64,000 nucleotides of DNA from Patescibacteria group bacterium (GCA_040388985.1 JAZKAU010000002.1:119642-183641), one strand, 5' to 3'; shown: positions 49,854-59,569, counted from the stretch's first letter. Numbers and translations are program-made. The notes: generated from the letters alone by a model not told the origin.

Positions 49854-49959
49854 ATTCGTGTATTTAATTGTGTATTCCCGTATGTAATTTTCGCCCGATA
49901 AAAAGAAAGGCCCGCGGGTGCGGACATCTCAGACCTCTACAACATACCATATATAGGCT

Positions 49960-50073
49960 CACTCGGTCAACGAGCCGTTCGGAGCCGGAGATAAAAGCGC
50001 CGTTCCGCATAGGAATGCTGCACTTGGCAATCCTGAACCGCTTTTATCTCCGGCTCCTCTCTGCGTTACCTCG
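49960..50073 (-). repeat. Structured intergenic element, family A copy 3 (diverged)
   Basis: 19-bp IR GGAGCCGGAGATAAAAGCG; reverse-complement core TGCCAAGTGCAGC-ATTCCTAT-GCGGAACG; CGAGGT and CCGAGTG flanks. Confidence 0.55.
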
Positions 50074-50184
50074 TTCGCTTTCAGGGGCAGAGCTTGATAT
50101 TTGTTGGTAGTATGGTAAAAATCATTCGGTTGCCAATCCGGCACTGAATAATCTACAGGAGACGTTGTTATGCCGGGAGGAAGC

Positions 50185-50460
50185 ATGAATACCCGCCCCT
50201 TCGATCCCACCAGTAAGCTGGACTGGTTCAGCGCGGATTTCGGAGCTCTGTTCTACACCACGATCGTCGTATGCATCGTACTCGCCGTTCTGGTCGGCGG
50301 AAGCTATGCCATCGTGTCATACTTCTCCGTTCAGACTCAGATCCTGCTGCTGATTGGCGCGAGCGTGGCGATCGCCTTCGTGATCGTGTTCTGCCTCCGG
50401 CGGAACTGGATGGTCCACGGCGAACCGCGGCAATTCCGCTATATCTGCCGCTGGCTCTGA
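50185..50460 (+). CDS. Small membrane protein
   Basis: Two TMs; GGGAGG SD. Confidence 0.6.
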   Translation: MNTRPFDPTSKLDWFSADFGALFYTTIVVCIVLAVLVGGSYAIVSYFSVQTQILLLIGASVAIAFVIVFCLRRNWMVHGEPRQFRYICRWL

Positions 50461-50569
50461 CCGATCGCAGCGGTCAGATGTTCGGGGAGCGCGTCTGACA
50501 AACGCGCTCTTCCCTTTTCCCCTAATTTAAAAAGTTATACAGGCGAAGCTTCGGTATACTGTATGCAGC

Positions 50570-52315
50570 ATGCAAGTACCGGAAAGCGAGCTGAAGAGTT
50601 TCATACTTGATTCGGGACTAGTGTCCCGACAGAATCTCGATGCTGCCGAAGCGGAGGCGAAGGAGCGCGCTCAATCGGTGGGCGACATTCTCGTAAATTG
50701 GGGAATGCTTTCGAGCGACGCGCTTAGGCGCACGAAGGCATACGTGCTCGGCATCCCGTTCGTGAATCTTCGCGACGCGAATCTTTCGTTCGATGTCCTC
50801 TCGCTGATACCGGAACCTATCGCCCGCGGCCGCAATATCGTCGCATTCGTCAGGAACGGGAACGAGCTTGAAGTGGCTATGCTCGACACGCGCGACCTGT
50901 CTGCCGTTGACTCGACCATCGCCAAGACCGGGCTTAAAGTCCTTCCGCGTCTCACTGACGAGGAGTCGATGCGTCATGCGCTCCTGCACTACCAGAAGCT
51001 GCTCAAAGCGGAATTCGGCGACCGCATAGCAAGCGAAGTCGGCAGGCTTACGCCGACACGAGGAGAAGGGAAGGCTGCATCCGCAGAAGAGCTCGCGCTG
51101 GTGGCACAAGATCTTTCCATCGTCCGCATCGTCGATACGTTGCTGCGCCATGCGATCCTGCAGAATGCGTCGGACGTGCATGTCGAACCGCTCGAGAAGG
51201 ATGTCCTCGTTCGCTACAGGATCGACGGCGCCTTGCATGACGCGATGACGCTCCCGTCTACGGCGAATGCTGGCATCGCAGCGCGCATAAAGACGCTCGC
51301 GAACCTCGCGCTCGGAGAGACGCGAGCGCCGCAGGATGGGCGCTTCAAGCTCGAGACCGGCGCGGAATCGGTATCCTTCCGCGTCTCGGTCCTGCCAACG
51401 CACTCAGGCGAGAAGATCGTCATGCGCCTTCTGCGCGAGACGGGAGAGGGCTTCACGCTCGACACGCTCGGCTTCCACGGCGCCTCCCAGGAATGCGTCC
51501 ATAAAGCCATACGCGCGAAGCGCGGACTGATCCTCGTCGCGGGCCCTCGTGGCTCCGGAAAGACGACGACGCTCTACACTATCCTCGACATCCTGAATAC
51601 TCCGGACGTGAGCATCGCGACTATCGAAGACAGGGTCGAGTATAGGATGAACCGGGTGAATCAGACGCAGACGGATCCGGAAATAGGGCTCACGACCGCT
51701 CATGGCCTGCGCGCTCTTCTTCGCCAGGACCCCGACATACTCATGGTGGGTGATATCCGCGATAGCGAGACGGCGGCGCTTGCGGTGAACGCTGCTCTGA
51801 CCGGACACTTGGTAGTCGCGAGCATTACGGGTGATACGGCAGCGGGCGCCGTGCTACGGCTTCTGGATATGGGTATCGAATCATCACAGATAGCTAGGGC
51901 ACTCACGCTCGTCGTGGGGCAGCGCCTGGCGCGCGGGCTCTGCGACCCTAAGGAGGCCTACTCGCTCGACGCCTCGTCGCGCATAGATATCGCAGAGGCG
52001 ACGTCCTTCAAGGCCGCATTCGATGCCTTGGTGTCCGAGGGCTTGGTGCAGCCGGGGACGCTCATAGATACGCTGCCGTTTTATAAAGCCGTTCCGTCTG
52101 CGCTCTGCGATGACGGATATCGCGGGCACACCGCTCTGCAGGAAGTCCTACCGATCTCTCCCGCTATCCGCGATCTCATCCTCGAAGAGGCGTCCGCCGC
52201 TGAGATAGAGACCCAAGCACGAAAGGAAGGCATGCTCACGCTCCTTGAAGACGGTATCTATAAGGCGACGAGAGGGTTCACGAGTTTGGAAGAAGTGCTT
52301 CGTATAGCTACCTAA
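50570..52315 (+). CDS. GspE/PilB family ATPase with degenerate motifs
   Basis: ASDVHVEP, PQDGRF, GPRGSGKTTTLY, LRQDPDILMVGDIRD, TSLEEVLR. Confidence 0.88.
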   Translation: MQVPESELKSFILDSGLVSRQNLDAAEAEAKERAQSVGDILVNWGMLSSDALRRTKAYVLGIPFVNLRDANLSFDVLSLIPEPIARGRNIVAFVRNGNELEVAMLDTRDLSAVDSTIAKTGLKVLPRLTDEESMRHALLHYQKLLKAEFGDRIASEVGRLTPTRGEGKAASAEELALVAQDLSIVRIVDTLLRHAILQNASDVHVEPLEKDVLVRYRIDGALHDAMTLPSTANAGIAARIKTLANLALGETRAPQDGRFKLETGAESVSFRVSVLPTHSGEKIVMRLLRETGEGFTLDTLGFHGASQECVHKAIRAKRGLILVAGPRGSGKTTTLYTILDILNTPDVSIATIEDRVEYRMNRVNQTQTDPEIGLTTAHGLRALLRQDPDILMVGDIRDSETAALAVNAALTGHLVVASITGDTAAGAVLRLLDMGIESSQIARALTLVVGQRLARGLCDPKEAYSLDASSRIDIAEATSFKAAFDALVSEGLVQPGTLIDTLPFYKAVPSALCDDGYRGHTALQEVLPISPAIRDLILEEASAAEIETQARKEGMLTLLEDGIYKATRGFTSLEEVLRIAT

Positions 52316-52325
52316 GTAGATCGAC

Positions 52326-53060
52326 TCATTTGCTCGCCTTCCAGAGAAAGTCAAAGTAATTCTGGTAGTTCTTTGCAAGTTCAGCGTTGATGATTTCAAC
52401 GACGGTGTACGGCTCAGTGAAGGTTTGGATACAGATACGATCTTGTAATATTTCTACATTATTGGTGTCGCTGCCAATGAGCGGGTTGAAGCGCAGTTCG
52501 GTTAGACCATTGCCTTCTGCAAGCAATGACCGTATCTGCGGGAAAGAGGTCTTAGCGATGCCTCGCAAACGTAACCTCTTTTCTCTTTGTATCCGGGTTA
52601 CTTCCTTTTCTGTCGCAAGACCTACGACGGCATGCCAATGAGGCGAGGTACCAAGATACCGATGAAGCGCACCAGGTTCAGCAAGCTCATAGGAGCGTAC
52701 GACGTGACGACGGAATTCATCGATACCTTCATATACGATCACTTCCTGGCGATTCTTCTTCGTAAGGTGCGAGAGTTCTTCTATCGCATGCTTGGCTATG
52801 CGCTCCTTTTCTTCGACATCAGCCAGAAGACGGGTAGGGGAGAGGAGTTTGAACATTAATATGCCTCGCTCGCGCGCGCTGGTAATAAGTTTCTTTTCGA
52901 CAAGTTCTTCAAGCGCGGTATAGACGATGTTGCGGTGCATCCCTGTCTGCTTTATGAGCTCCCCAGCCTTCGCGCTCCCTGCCTTTGCAAGTGCGAGATA
53001 GAGCACGGTCTGATTCTCCGTGAGGCCAAGCTTCTGCAGATTGTCGAAAATGGCTGTCAT
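52326..53060 (-). CDS. TrmB-family transcriptional regulator, class A
   Basis: LGLTENQ..LYLAL...TGMHRNIVY.ALEELVEKKL; VYEG; LAKNYQNYFDFLW. Confidence 0.9.
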   Translation of the reverse strand: MTAIFDNLQKLGLTENQTVLYLALAKAGSAKAGELIKQTGMHRNIVYTALEELVEKKLITSARERGILMFKLLSPTRLLADVEEKERIAKHAIEELSHLTKKNRQEVIVYEGIDEFRRHVVRSYELAEPGALHRYLGTSPHWHAVVGLATEKEVTRIQREKRLRLRGIAKTSFPQIRSLLAEGNGLTELRFNPLIGSDTNNVEILQDRICIQTFTEPYTVVEIINAELAKNYQNYFDFLWKASK

Positions 53061-53205
53061 ATCCGAAGTGATAGTTAGTAAGGAGTGTCGTCGGAATAGA
53101 GCATTTCTATTCTTTTATCATATATCATCATGAATATGTTGACAAATATGCAAGTGGACGCAATTGTTTCGTATAGATGCAGACCTTGAACCTCGGAAGG
53201 AACTC

Positions 53206-53967
53206 ATGATGCGCAAAGAACTGACATCCTCGGAGGAGATTCCGAATGAAATGATAGAGAATGATGCAAGGCGTGCAGAGATGGCCATGTTCCTATCCAA
53301 CTGGGCAGAGGAGTACCTATTGCAGACACAGCAGAACAGACTGTTCGAGAATACTAGTTCGGAGGCACGGGGGTGGAGTGACCGTCAGAAGGAAACGTTC
53401 GTCGCGCTCCTATATCACGCGCGCGGACATTTCTATCGGTTCCTTTGGCATCTTGCAAACCAGGCTTCTCTCGAACAACGAAAGGTAGTATTCGAGAATA
53501 TAAGGGATGAACTCGGCGGAGAATCATACGCCCCGCACGAAGTTTTATTCTCGCGCTTTGCTGCGGAGTTCGGCACGGATGTTCAGAAGGAGATGTTTGG
53601 ACGAACAGCCCTCTGGGATCACTTCCTCGCAGGATTCAACGATGGGCATCTTCGTTTCATCCTCACGCACGAATCTGATGCCAATTGGGCGTTCTTCTCG
53701 GCGTATGAGCTCCTTGATAATGTGGACTACGTGAATTTATTGAATCTGGCAAAAGCAATGGGGGCATGTAAGCCAGAAGCCCTCGAATTCTTCGAAGTCC
53801 ATATTGGAAGCACCCACCATGAAGAGACAAGAAGGCTTCTTTCTGATATCTGGGTAGCGAATCCGGATAGTGTACGAGAGGCGTTTGCATTCATCGCGCA
53901 GCATCAGCTCAGAATGTGGCGAGGGATAGAGAGTGTGATCATGCCGTACGCGCCGGGCGTGCGCTGA
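53206..53967 (+). CDS. Heme-oxygenase-like diiron enzyme (CADD/PqqC/TenA-like)
   Basis: ENIRDELG...PH..LF..F, AYE, FFEVH....HH metal-ligand pattern. Confidence 0.72.
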   Translation: MMRKELTSSEEIPNEMIENDARRAEMAMFLSNWAEEYLLQTQQNRLFENTSSEARGWSDRQKETFVALLYHARGHFYRFLWHLANQASLEQRKVVFENIRDELGGESYAPHEVLFSRFAAEFGTDVQKEMFGRTALWDHFLAGFNDGHLRFILTHESDANWAFFSAYELLDNVDYVNLLNLAKAMGACKPEALEFFEVHIGSTHHEETRRLLSDIWVANPDSVREAFAFIAQHQLRMWRGIESVIMPYAPGVR

Positions 53968-54046
53968 GAACTACAAACATCCGGGGCGGCCCCGGATGTT
54001 TTTTTGCTGAGGAAACATGACACCGAGTAACTGGTATCATATGCCT

Positions 54047-54790
54047 ATGTTGATTGTCGCTAACTGGAAGGCGTATGTGGAGTCGAGTACGAAAGCCAAG
54101 GTGCTGCTTGCGAGCGCGAAGAAGCTCGCGGCAGTGAGTCCTCACGAGATAGTATTGGCACCGCCTAGCCCGCTGCTGGGACTACTTACTCCCGGCAATA
54201 GGTCAAAGGTCAGGTTCGGCGCGCAGGATGTGTCGGATTCTACCGGAGGCGCCGCTACCGGCGAGGTTACTGCTGCGCTGCTTTCCGGCATGGGAGTGAA
54301 GTACGTCATCGTCGGACATTCTGAGCGCCGCGCGCAAGGTGAGACGAACGAGGTTGTCGCGTCGAAAGTCTCGCATGCGCTCGCGCACGGCCTCACGCCT
54401 ATCGTGTGCATCGGAGAACGGGAACGCGATGCGGACGCGACGTATCTGCACGGGCTGCGAGCGCAGCTCGCAGCCGTGTTCGCGCCGCTTTCTCAGAAAG
54501 AACGCATGGAGGTCGTCGTCGCCTATGAGCCGATATGGGCGATAGGAAAGACGGCAGCGGATGCCATCACCGCGCATGACTTGCGCGAGATGGTGCTTTA
54601 CATACGGAAGGTGCTTGAAGAGTATCTCCCCGGAAAGGGGGCCTCTAGTATACGGGTGATATACGGCGGTTCAGTCGAGCCGGGAGATGTGCGAGAGCTT
54701 GCAAGCGGCAGCGGCGCAGACGGGTTCCTAGTCGGACACGCGAGCGCAGATGTCGGGATGTTTACGAAGCTTGTAAGAGAAATCTCGTGA
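54047..54790 (+). CDS. tpiA: Triosephosphate isomerase
   Basis: ANWK, VGHSERR, AYEPIWAIG, YGGSV, GFLVGHAS. Confidence 0.96.
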   Translation: MLIVANWKAYVESSTKAKVLLASAKKLAAVSPHEIVLAPPSPLLGLLTPGNRSKVRFGAQDVSDSTGGAATGEVTAALLSGMGVKYVIVGHSERRAQGETNEVVASKVSHALAHGLTPIVCIGERERDADATYLHGLRAQLAAVFAPLSQKERMEVVVAYEPIWAIGKTAADAITAHDLREMVLYIRKVLEEYLPGKGASSIRVIYGGSVEPGDVRELASGSGADGFLVGHASADVGMFTKLVREIS

Positions 54791-55512
54791 CCGCTCCAAA
54801 GCTATTCTTGGGAGCAGTCGGCATACTGATAGCATTCGTATGCGTGTATTGGGGTGTACGCTTCCTGTATCTGCTGAATGCGTCGAAGAAGCTGGTTGCC
54901 GCAGCAGTTCCGTATGAGCATCTAACGGCTGACACGAGCGTATCGATGCTCGTGCTTGGAGACAGTACTGCGGTTGGAGTAGGAGCGTCTACATCTACAG
55001 AAAGCCTGCCGGGTCTCGTAGCGCACTTCACGGGCGCGACCTATGTAGAGAATCATGCGGTCTCAGGTGCTGTGGTGAGCGATCTTGCCGGTCAGATAGG
55101 AAAGGCAGAGCTTACTCGCTATGACCTCATCCTCGTGCAGATAGGTGCGAACGATATCGTTCGGTTCCATGACGCCCGAGAGACTGCCGAACGACTCTCG
55201 AAGGTGCTCGGCACTCTACCGCAAGCCGAGCATGTCGTCGTACTCTCTGCGGGAGATGTCGGCGCAGCGACTCTCTTTCCCGAACCGATCCGTCCTTTCT
55301 ATACTCGCCTGAATCAAGGCTTCCACCAGGAATTCTCGCGAGCGCTTGCGGCGCAAGGCATTACCTACGTGAATCTTTCCACGGGTCCAGGAGTCGAACT
55401 CTTTATAGAGCAGCCGAACGTGTATCTTGCGGCCGACGGTTTTCACCCATCATCCGCAGGATATGGACTATGGTTCGAGGCCGTACGATCCTATCTCAAA
55501 GCGAATAAGTAG
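54787..55512 (+). CDS. SGNH/GDSL hydrolase
   Basis: LGDSTAVG, IGAND, DGFHPS. Confidence 0.92.
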   Translation: MTAPKLFLGAVGILIAFVCVYWGVRFLYLLNASKKLVAAAVPYEHLTADTSVSMLVLGDSTAVGVGASTSTESLPGLVAHFTGATYVENHAVSGAVVSDLAGQIGKAELTRYDLILVQIGANDIVRFHDARETAERLSKVLGTLPQAEHVVVLSAGDVGAATLFPEPIRPFYTRLNQGFHQEFSRALAAQGITYVNLSTGPGVELFIEQPNVYLAADGFHPSSAGYGLWFEAVRSYLKANK

Positions 55513-55719
55513 CTACTGCGTAAGAGAGTCGAGATTCTGGGTATAGGTGTTAAGAAATGAGGGTACGACGAAGAGAAGACCGACGAGCGGAAGGACCACA
55601 GCGACGACCGTAACGATCATGGTCGTGAGAAAGTATTTCCTGGTCTTCTCGACGGATATGTAGATCGCATCTATTTTTTGTTCGAGCGCATGTAACCGAA
55701 GGCCGATATCAGGTTCCAT
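55513..55719 (-). CDS. Small membrane protein
   Basis: QKIDAIYISVEKTRKYFL followed by a TM segment. Confidence 0.65.
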   Translation of the reverse strand: MEPDIGLRLHALEQKIDAIYISVEKTRKYFLTTMIVTVVAVVLPLVGLLFVVPSFLNTYTQNLDSLTQ

Positions 55720-55880
55720 ATATGGAGTATTATACTCCTATGCCCGGTATGACAACTTCGGATAGATTTCTACATGCGCCAGTAGCTAGTAATGGAAATT
55801 TCTCTCTACGTATACATACGAGCGCTTTATCAGCCGGACCGTTCGAAATCAGGTGCGATACGAAGTTGTCATAACCGGGT

Positions 55881-57017
55881 ATGCGAAGCGTCAAAACTAT
55901 CAAGAAGCTCGAGAACATTCCGGTCCTGCTGCGCGGGTCGCTCAACGTACCCATAGAGAACGGCAAGGTCGCAAATACCTTTCGCCTACACGCCGTAGTC
56001 CCTACTATCGAATATCTCCAGTCGCGCTACGCGCGCGTTATTCTCATCGGACACATCGGCGAACAGGGTACGGAAACGCTCGAGCCGGTATATCAGGCGA
56101 TGAAGGAGTTCATCCCGAAGCTCGAATTCTGTCCGGTCACCATAGGCGCAAAGGCGCGCGAAGCGGTACGCAATCTGCCGCCCGGAGGCGTGCTCATGCT
56201 TGAGAACTTGCGCCGCGATACAGGGGAGACAAAGAACAGTCCCGACTTCGCGACCGCACTCGCAGAACTCGCGGATGTCTTCATACAGGATTCGTTCGAT
56301 GTGTGCCACCGTGAGCACGCTTCAGTAGTGGGCGTGCCGAAACTCCTGCCGAGCTATGCAGGCTTCCAGCTTCTGAAGGAAGTGAAGGAACTCACGAAGG
56401 CACTGAAGCCCAAGAGTCCGTCGTTGGCCGTCATCGGCGGCGCAAAGTTCTCTACTAAGGAGCCGGTCCTGACTTCACTCCTGAAGTCATACGACCGAGT
56501 CTTCGTGGGCGGCGCGCTCGCAAACGATTTCATGCGTGAAGGAGGGTATTCGATAGGGAAGTCGCTTACATCGCTCGAAGCGGATACGCATGCCATCCGT
56601 GCGCTCCTCAAGAATCCGAAACTCATGCTTCCGCTCGACGAGGAAGTGGCGAATCCGGGTGAAGATAGCACGCACGCCGAAGTGGTCACCACTGGCTCGG
56701 TTCCTTCAGGAGAAGCTATCTATGATGACGGTCCGAAGACGGTAGCTGAGCTTGCGAAACTTGCTGCGAACGCAAAGACGGTTCTCTGGAACGGCCCGCT
56801 CGGCCTGTACGAGAAAGGATTTACTGATGCGACCGAGGGACTCGCACGCGCCATAGGGGAGTCTTCGGCGTATTCGATACTTGGCGGCGGCGACACGGTC
56901 GCGGCCGTCGAAGAGCTCGGACTCTCTAAGCGCTTCTCTTTCATCTCCACTGGCGGCGGAGCCATGCTCGATTTTCTCGCAACAGGAACGCTGTCCGGTA
57001 TCGACGCGCTTAACTAG
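55881..57017 (+). CDS. pgk: Phosphoglycerate kinase
   Basis: LNVP, LENLR, HREHAS, GGAK, WNGPLG, GGGDT, ISTGGGAML. Confidence 0.96.
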   Translation: MRSVKTIKKLENIPVLLRGSLNVPIENGKVANTFRLHAVVPTIEYLQSRYARVILIGHIGEQGTETLEPVYQAMKEFIPKLEFCPVTIGAKAREAVRNLPPGGVLMLENLRRDTGETKNSPDFATALAELADVFIQDSFDVCHREHASVVGVPKLLPSYAGFQLLKEVKELTKALKPKSPSLAVIGGAKFSTKEPVLTSLLKSYDRVFVGGALANDFMREGGYSIGKSLTSLEADTHAIRALLKNPKLMLPLDEEVANPGEDSTHAEVVTTGSVPSGEAIYDDGPKTVAELAKLAANAKTVLWNGPLGLYEKGFTDATEGLARAIGESSAYSILGGGDTVAAVEELGLSKRFSFISTGGGAMLDFLATGTLSGIDALN

Positions 57018-57408
57018 GTTGCGATACTTTTCGAATCTTCTCGGCGACTTCTTTGAGAGTCTCGTCGCTCGCCATGGGCCCTGGAGCAAGAGCAAGGTGT
57101 CCGCTCACTATCGGATAGAGACGAACGTGTACGTGCGGGACGTCGAATCCTTCTACTATCATGCACGTGCGGAGCGTTCCGAAAGTCTGATCCAAGATCC
57201 TCGCCATCTTTTTCGTGACTTCCATAAGATGAAGATAGGTTTCCGGATCAAGGTCGAAGATATAGGGAGCAGGCTGTTTCGGTATGACTACCGTCTGCCC
57301 TTCGGTATTCGGGAATCGGTCGAGTATGACGATGACGCTATCATCCTCATAGAGGATCTCTGCGGGAAGTTCCCGGTCGATTATCTTCGTGAATACGGTC
57401 TTTTCCAT
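57010..57408 (-). CDS. HIT family protein
   Basis: F.KII.RELPA...YED; VPHVHVRL. Confidence 0.9.
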   Translation of the reverse strand: MEKTVFTKIIDRELPAEILYEDDSVIVILDRFPNTEGQTVVIPKQPAPYIFDLDPETYLHLMEVTKKMARILDQTFGTLRTCMIVEGFDVPHVHVRLYPIVSGHLALAPGPMASDETLKEVAEKIRKVSQPS

Positions 57409-57452
57409 ATGGTGGGCGCGGTTGTGCGTTTGCGTTTATACTACCACCACCT

Positions 57453-59186
57453 ATGTTCTCTCTCTACGATCCGATAGACCCGAGTGTGCGCGAAGCGCTC
57501 AAGGAGCACGACGACTATACTGCTGCGCTTCTCGCGCGCCGGGGCATCACGACGCCTGAAGCGGCTGAAGCCTTCCTCTCTCCGTCCTACGACACACACA
57601 TCGGCGACCCGTTCGGTATCCTCAATATGGAGAAGTCGGCACGACGAATCGCGAAGGCCATAGACGAGCAGGAACGCATCACGGTCTGGAGCGACTACGA
57701 CTGCGACGGCATTCCAGGCGGCGTCGTGCTCCACGATTTTTTAAAGAAAGCGAAGGCGAATTTCACGAATTACATCCCGCACCGGCATCTTGAAGGCTAC
57801 GGACTCAATATCGCGGGTATCGAGAAGCTCGCAGAAGAAGGAACGACCCTTATTGTCACGGTTGACTCCGGCATCACGGACGTGGAGCAGGTCGCGCGTG
57901 CGAACGAACTCGGTATCGACGTCATCATTACCGATCACCACCTCCCGCAGGAAGTGCTCCCGCCCGCATTCGCGGTCGTCGATCCCAAACAAGACGGAGA
58001 GACGTATCCGTATCGGGATTTCTGCGGAGGAGGACTGGCGTGGAAGCTATCGTGCGCGATTCTGAAGGTCGGCTTCAAAGGTCGGGAAGATATTCCAGTC
58101 GGATGGGAGAAGTGGTTGCTTGATATGGCAGGACTCTCCACTATCGCTGACATGGTGCCGCTTACGGGCGAGAATCGTGTGATCGCCAAATATGGACTCC
58201 TCGTGATGCGCAAGACCCCGCGCATCGGCTTCCAGAAACTCTGCCAGGTGGCGCGTGTGAACCAGCGTTTCATAACGGAGGACGATGTCGGTTTCATGAT
58301 AGCGCCGCGCGTGAATGCGGCGAGCCGCATGGGAAATCCGCGCGATGCCTTCGAGCTCTTCACGACGACAGACGAAGTACGCGCCGACGAGCTCGCCAAG
58401 GAGCTCGAACGTATCAACCGTTCGCGCCGCGCGTCTGGAGCTGCGGTCACGCGTGCGGTGCATGAGCGGCTCGAAGAGCGGAAGCTCACGGGCGCACTTC
58501 CTAGCGTTATCGCCATGGGTGACCCTGACTGGCGTCCTGGACTCCTCGGACTCGTCGCCAATTCTGTCGCCGAAGAATATGGCCGACCCGTCTTCCTGTG
58601 GGGACGCGAAGGAGGAACGACCGCGAAGGGATCATGTCGTGCGGGCGGCAACGGCATCTCGCTCGTCTCGCTCATGGAAGAGGCGGCAAGCGTGTTCAGT
58701 GAATTCGGCGGACATGCAGCGTCAGGAGGTTTCACCGTAAAGGACGATCAGATCTTCTTTCTTGAAGAACGTCTGTGCGAAGCTCTCGCACGGTTGCCGG
58801 AAGCGGATTTCAAGGACCGTGCCATGTTCGCTGACCGGGAACTCACGGAAGCCGATGAGTTGCGCGAGCAGATGGCCCGGACAGAACGGTTCGCGCCGTT
58901 CGGAATGGAGAACCGGAAGCCTGCTTTCCTGCTACGCGATATTCGCCTCGAGAAGATTTCTTGGTTCGGGAAGGCCGAGGAACATCTGCGCCTTTCGCTC
59001 ATGCGCGATGATGGCTTCGACGAGCGTCCGCTCGAAGCTATCTCTTTTTATGCGAAACGGGAACTCGGGGACGCATGCAAGCTCCTTGCGCCTGGCACGA
59101 CCGTTACTATTCTCGGCAACTTGGAACGTGATCAGTTCTCGCGCGGGCAGCCGGTACGCCTGCGCATCATTGCATTGTCGGTCTAG
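57453..59186 (+). CDS. recJ: ssDNA exonuclease RecJ
   Basis: DYDCDG, TVDSG, TDHH, TIADMVPL, PRVNAASR, GGHA.SGG, PFGMEN. Confidence 0.96.
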   Translation: MFSLYDPIDPSVREALKEHDDYTAALLARRGITTPEAAEAFLSPSYDTHIGDPFGILNMEKSARRIAKAIDEQERITVWSDYDCDGIPGGVVLHDFLKKAKANFTNYIPHRHLEGYGLNIAGIEKLAEEGTTLIVTVDSGITDVEQVARANELGIDVIITDHHLPQEVLPPAFAVVDPKQDGETYPYRDFCGGGLAWKLSCAILKVGFKGREDIPVGWEKWLLDMAGLSTIADMVPLTGENRVIAKYGLLVMRKTPRIGFQKLCQVARVNQRFITEDDVGFMIAPRVNAASRMGNPRDAFELFTTTDEVRADELAKELERINRSRRASGAAVTRAVHERLEERKLTGALPSVIAMGDPDWRPGLLGLVANSVAEEYGRPVFLWGREGGTTAKGSCRAGGNGISLVSLMEEAASVFSEFGGHAASGGFTVKDDQIFFLEERLCEALARLPEADFKDRAMFADRELTEADELREQMARTERFAPFGMENRKPAFLLRDIRLEKISWFGKAEEHLRLSLMRDDGFDERPLEAISFYAKRELGDACKLLAPGTTVTILGNLERDQFSRGQPVRLRIIALSV

Positions 59187-59227
59187 GGTGGTATCTTTCG
59201 ATTCTGTGCGTTTTTCGGAGGTAGTCG

Positions 59228-59569
59228 ATGTTGAGTTCTTTGGGGCCAGCAGCTGAAAAGCTATATGAAGAAGCGAGGCGGGTGAGTCCTGACTTTACGC
59301 CGCTTGCCAAGGGTGGAGAATTCCGACCCGGACAGCATGAGTGCGTATGCTTCGCTCCAGCTATCGTGGGCCAACTGCTCGCCCGCAAGAAGGAGTTGAA
59401 GGCAGCGAGTCATGGGCTCGGGGAACAAGAGAAGAAGCGCAGCGCCCAAGTGCAGTCGCTTCTTCATCACCTGGCCGAACATGAGCTTCTCGACTTCATC
59501 GAGAAGCAGGAGATGGGCGAGCTGATACTCTGCAAGGCGGGTCAGCTCGTACGGCCCATCTCAAATTAG
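59228..59569 (+). CDS. Hypothetical protein
   Basis: 113-aa ORF with GGAGGT SD. Confidence 0.5.
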   Translation: MLSSLGPAAEKLYEEARRVSPDFTPLAKGGEFRPGQHECVCFAPAIVGQLLARKKELKAASHGLGEQEKKRSAQVQSLLHHLAEHELLDFIEKQEMGELILCKAGQLVRPISN

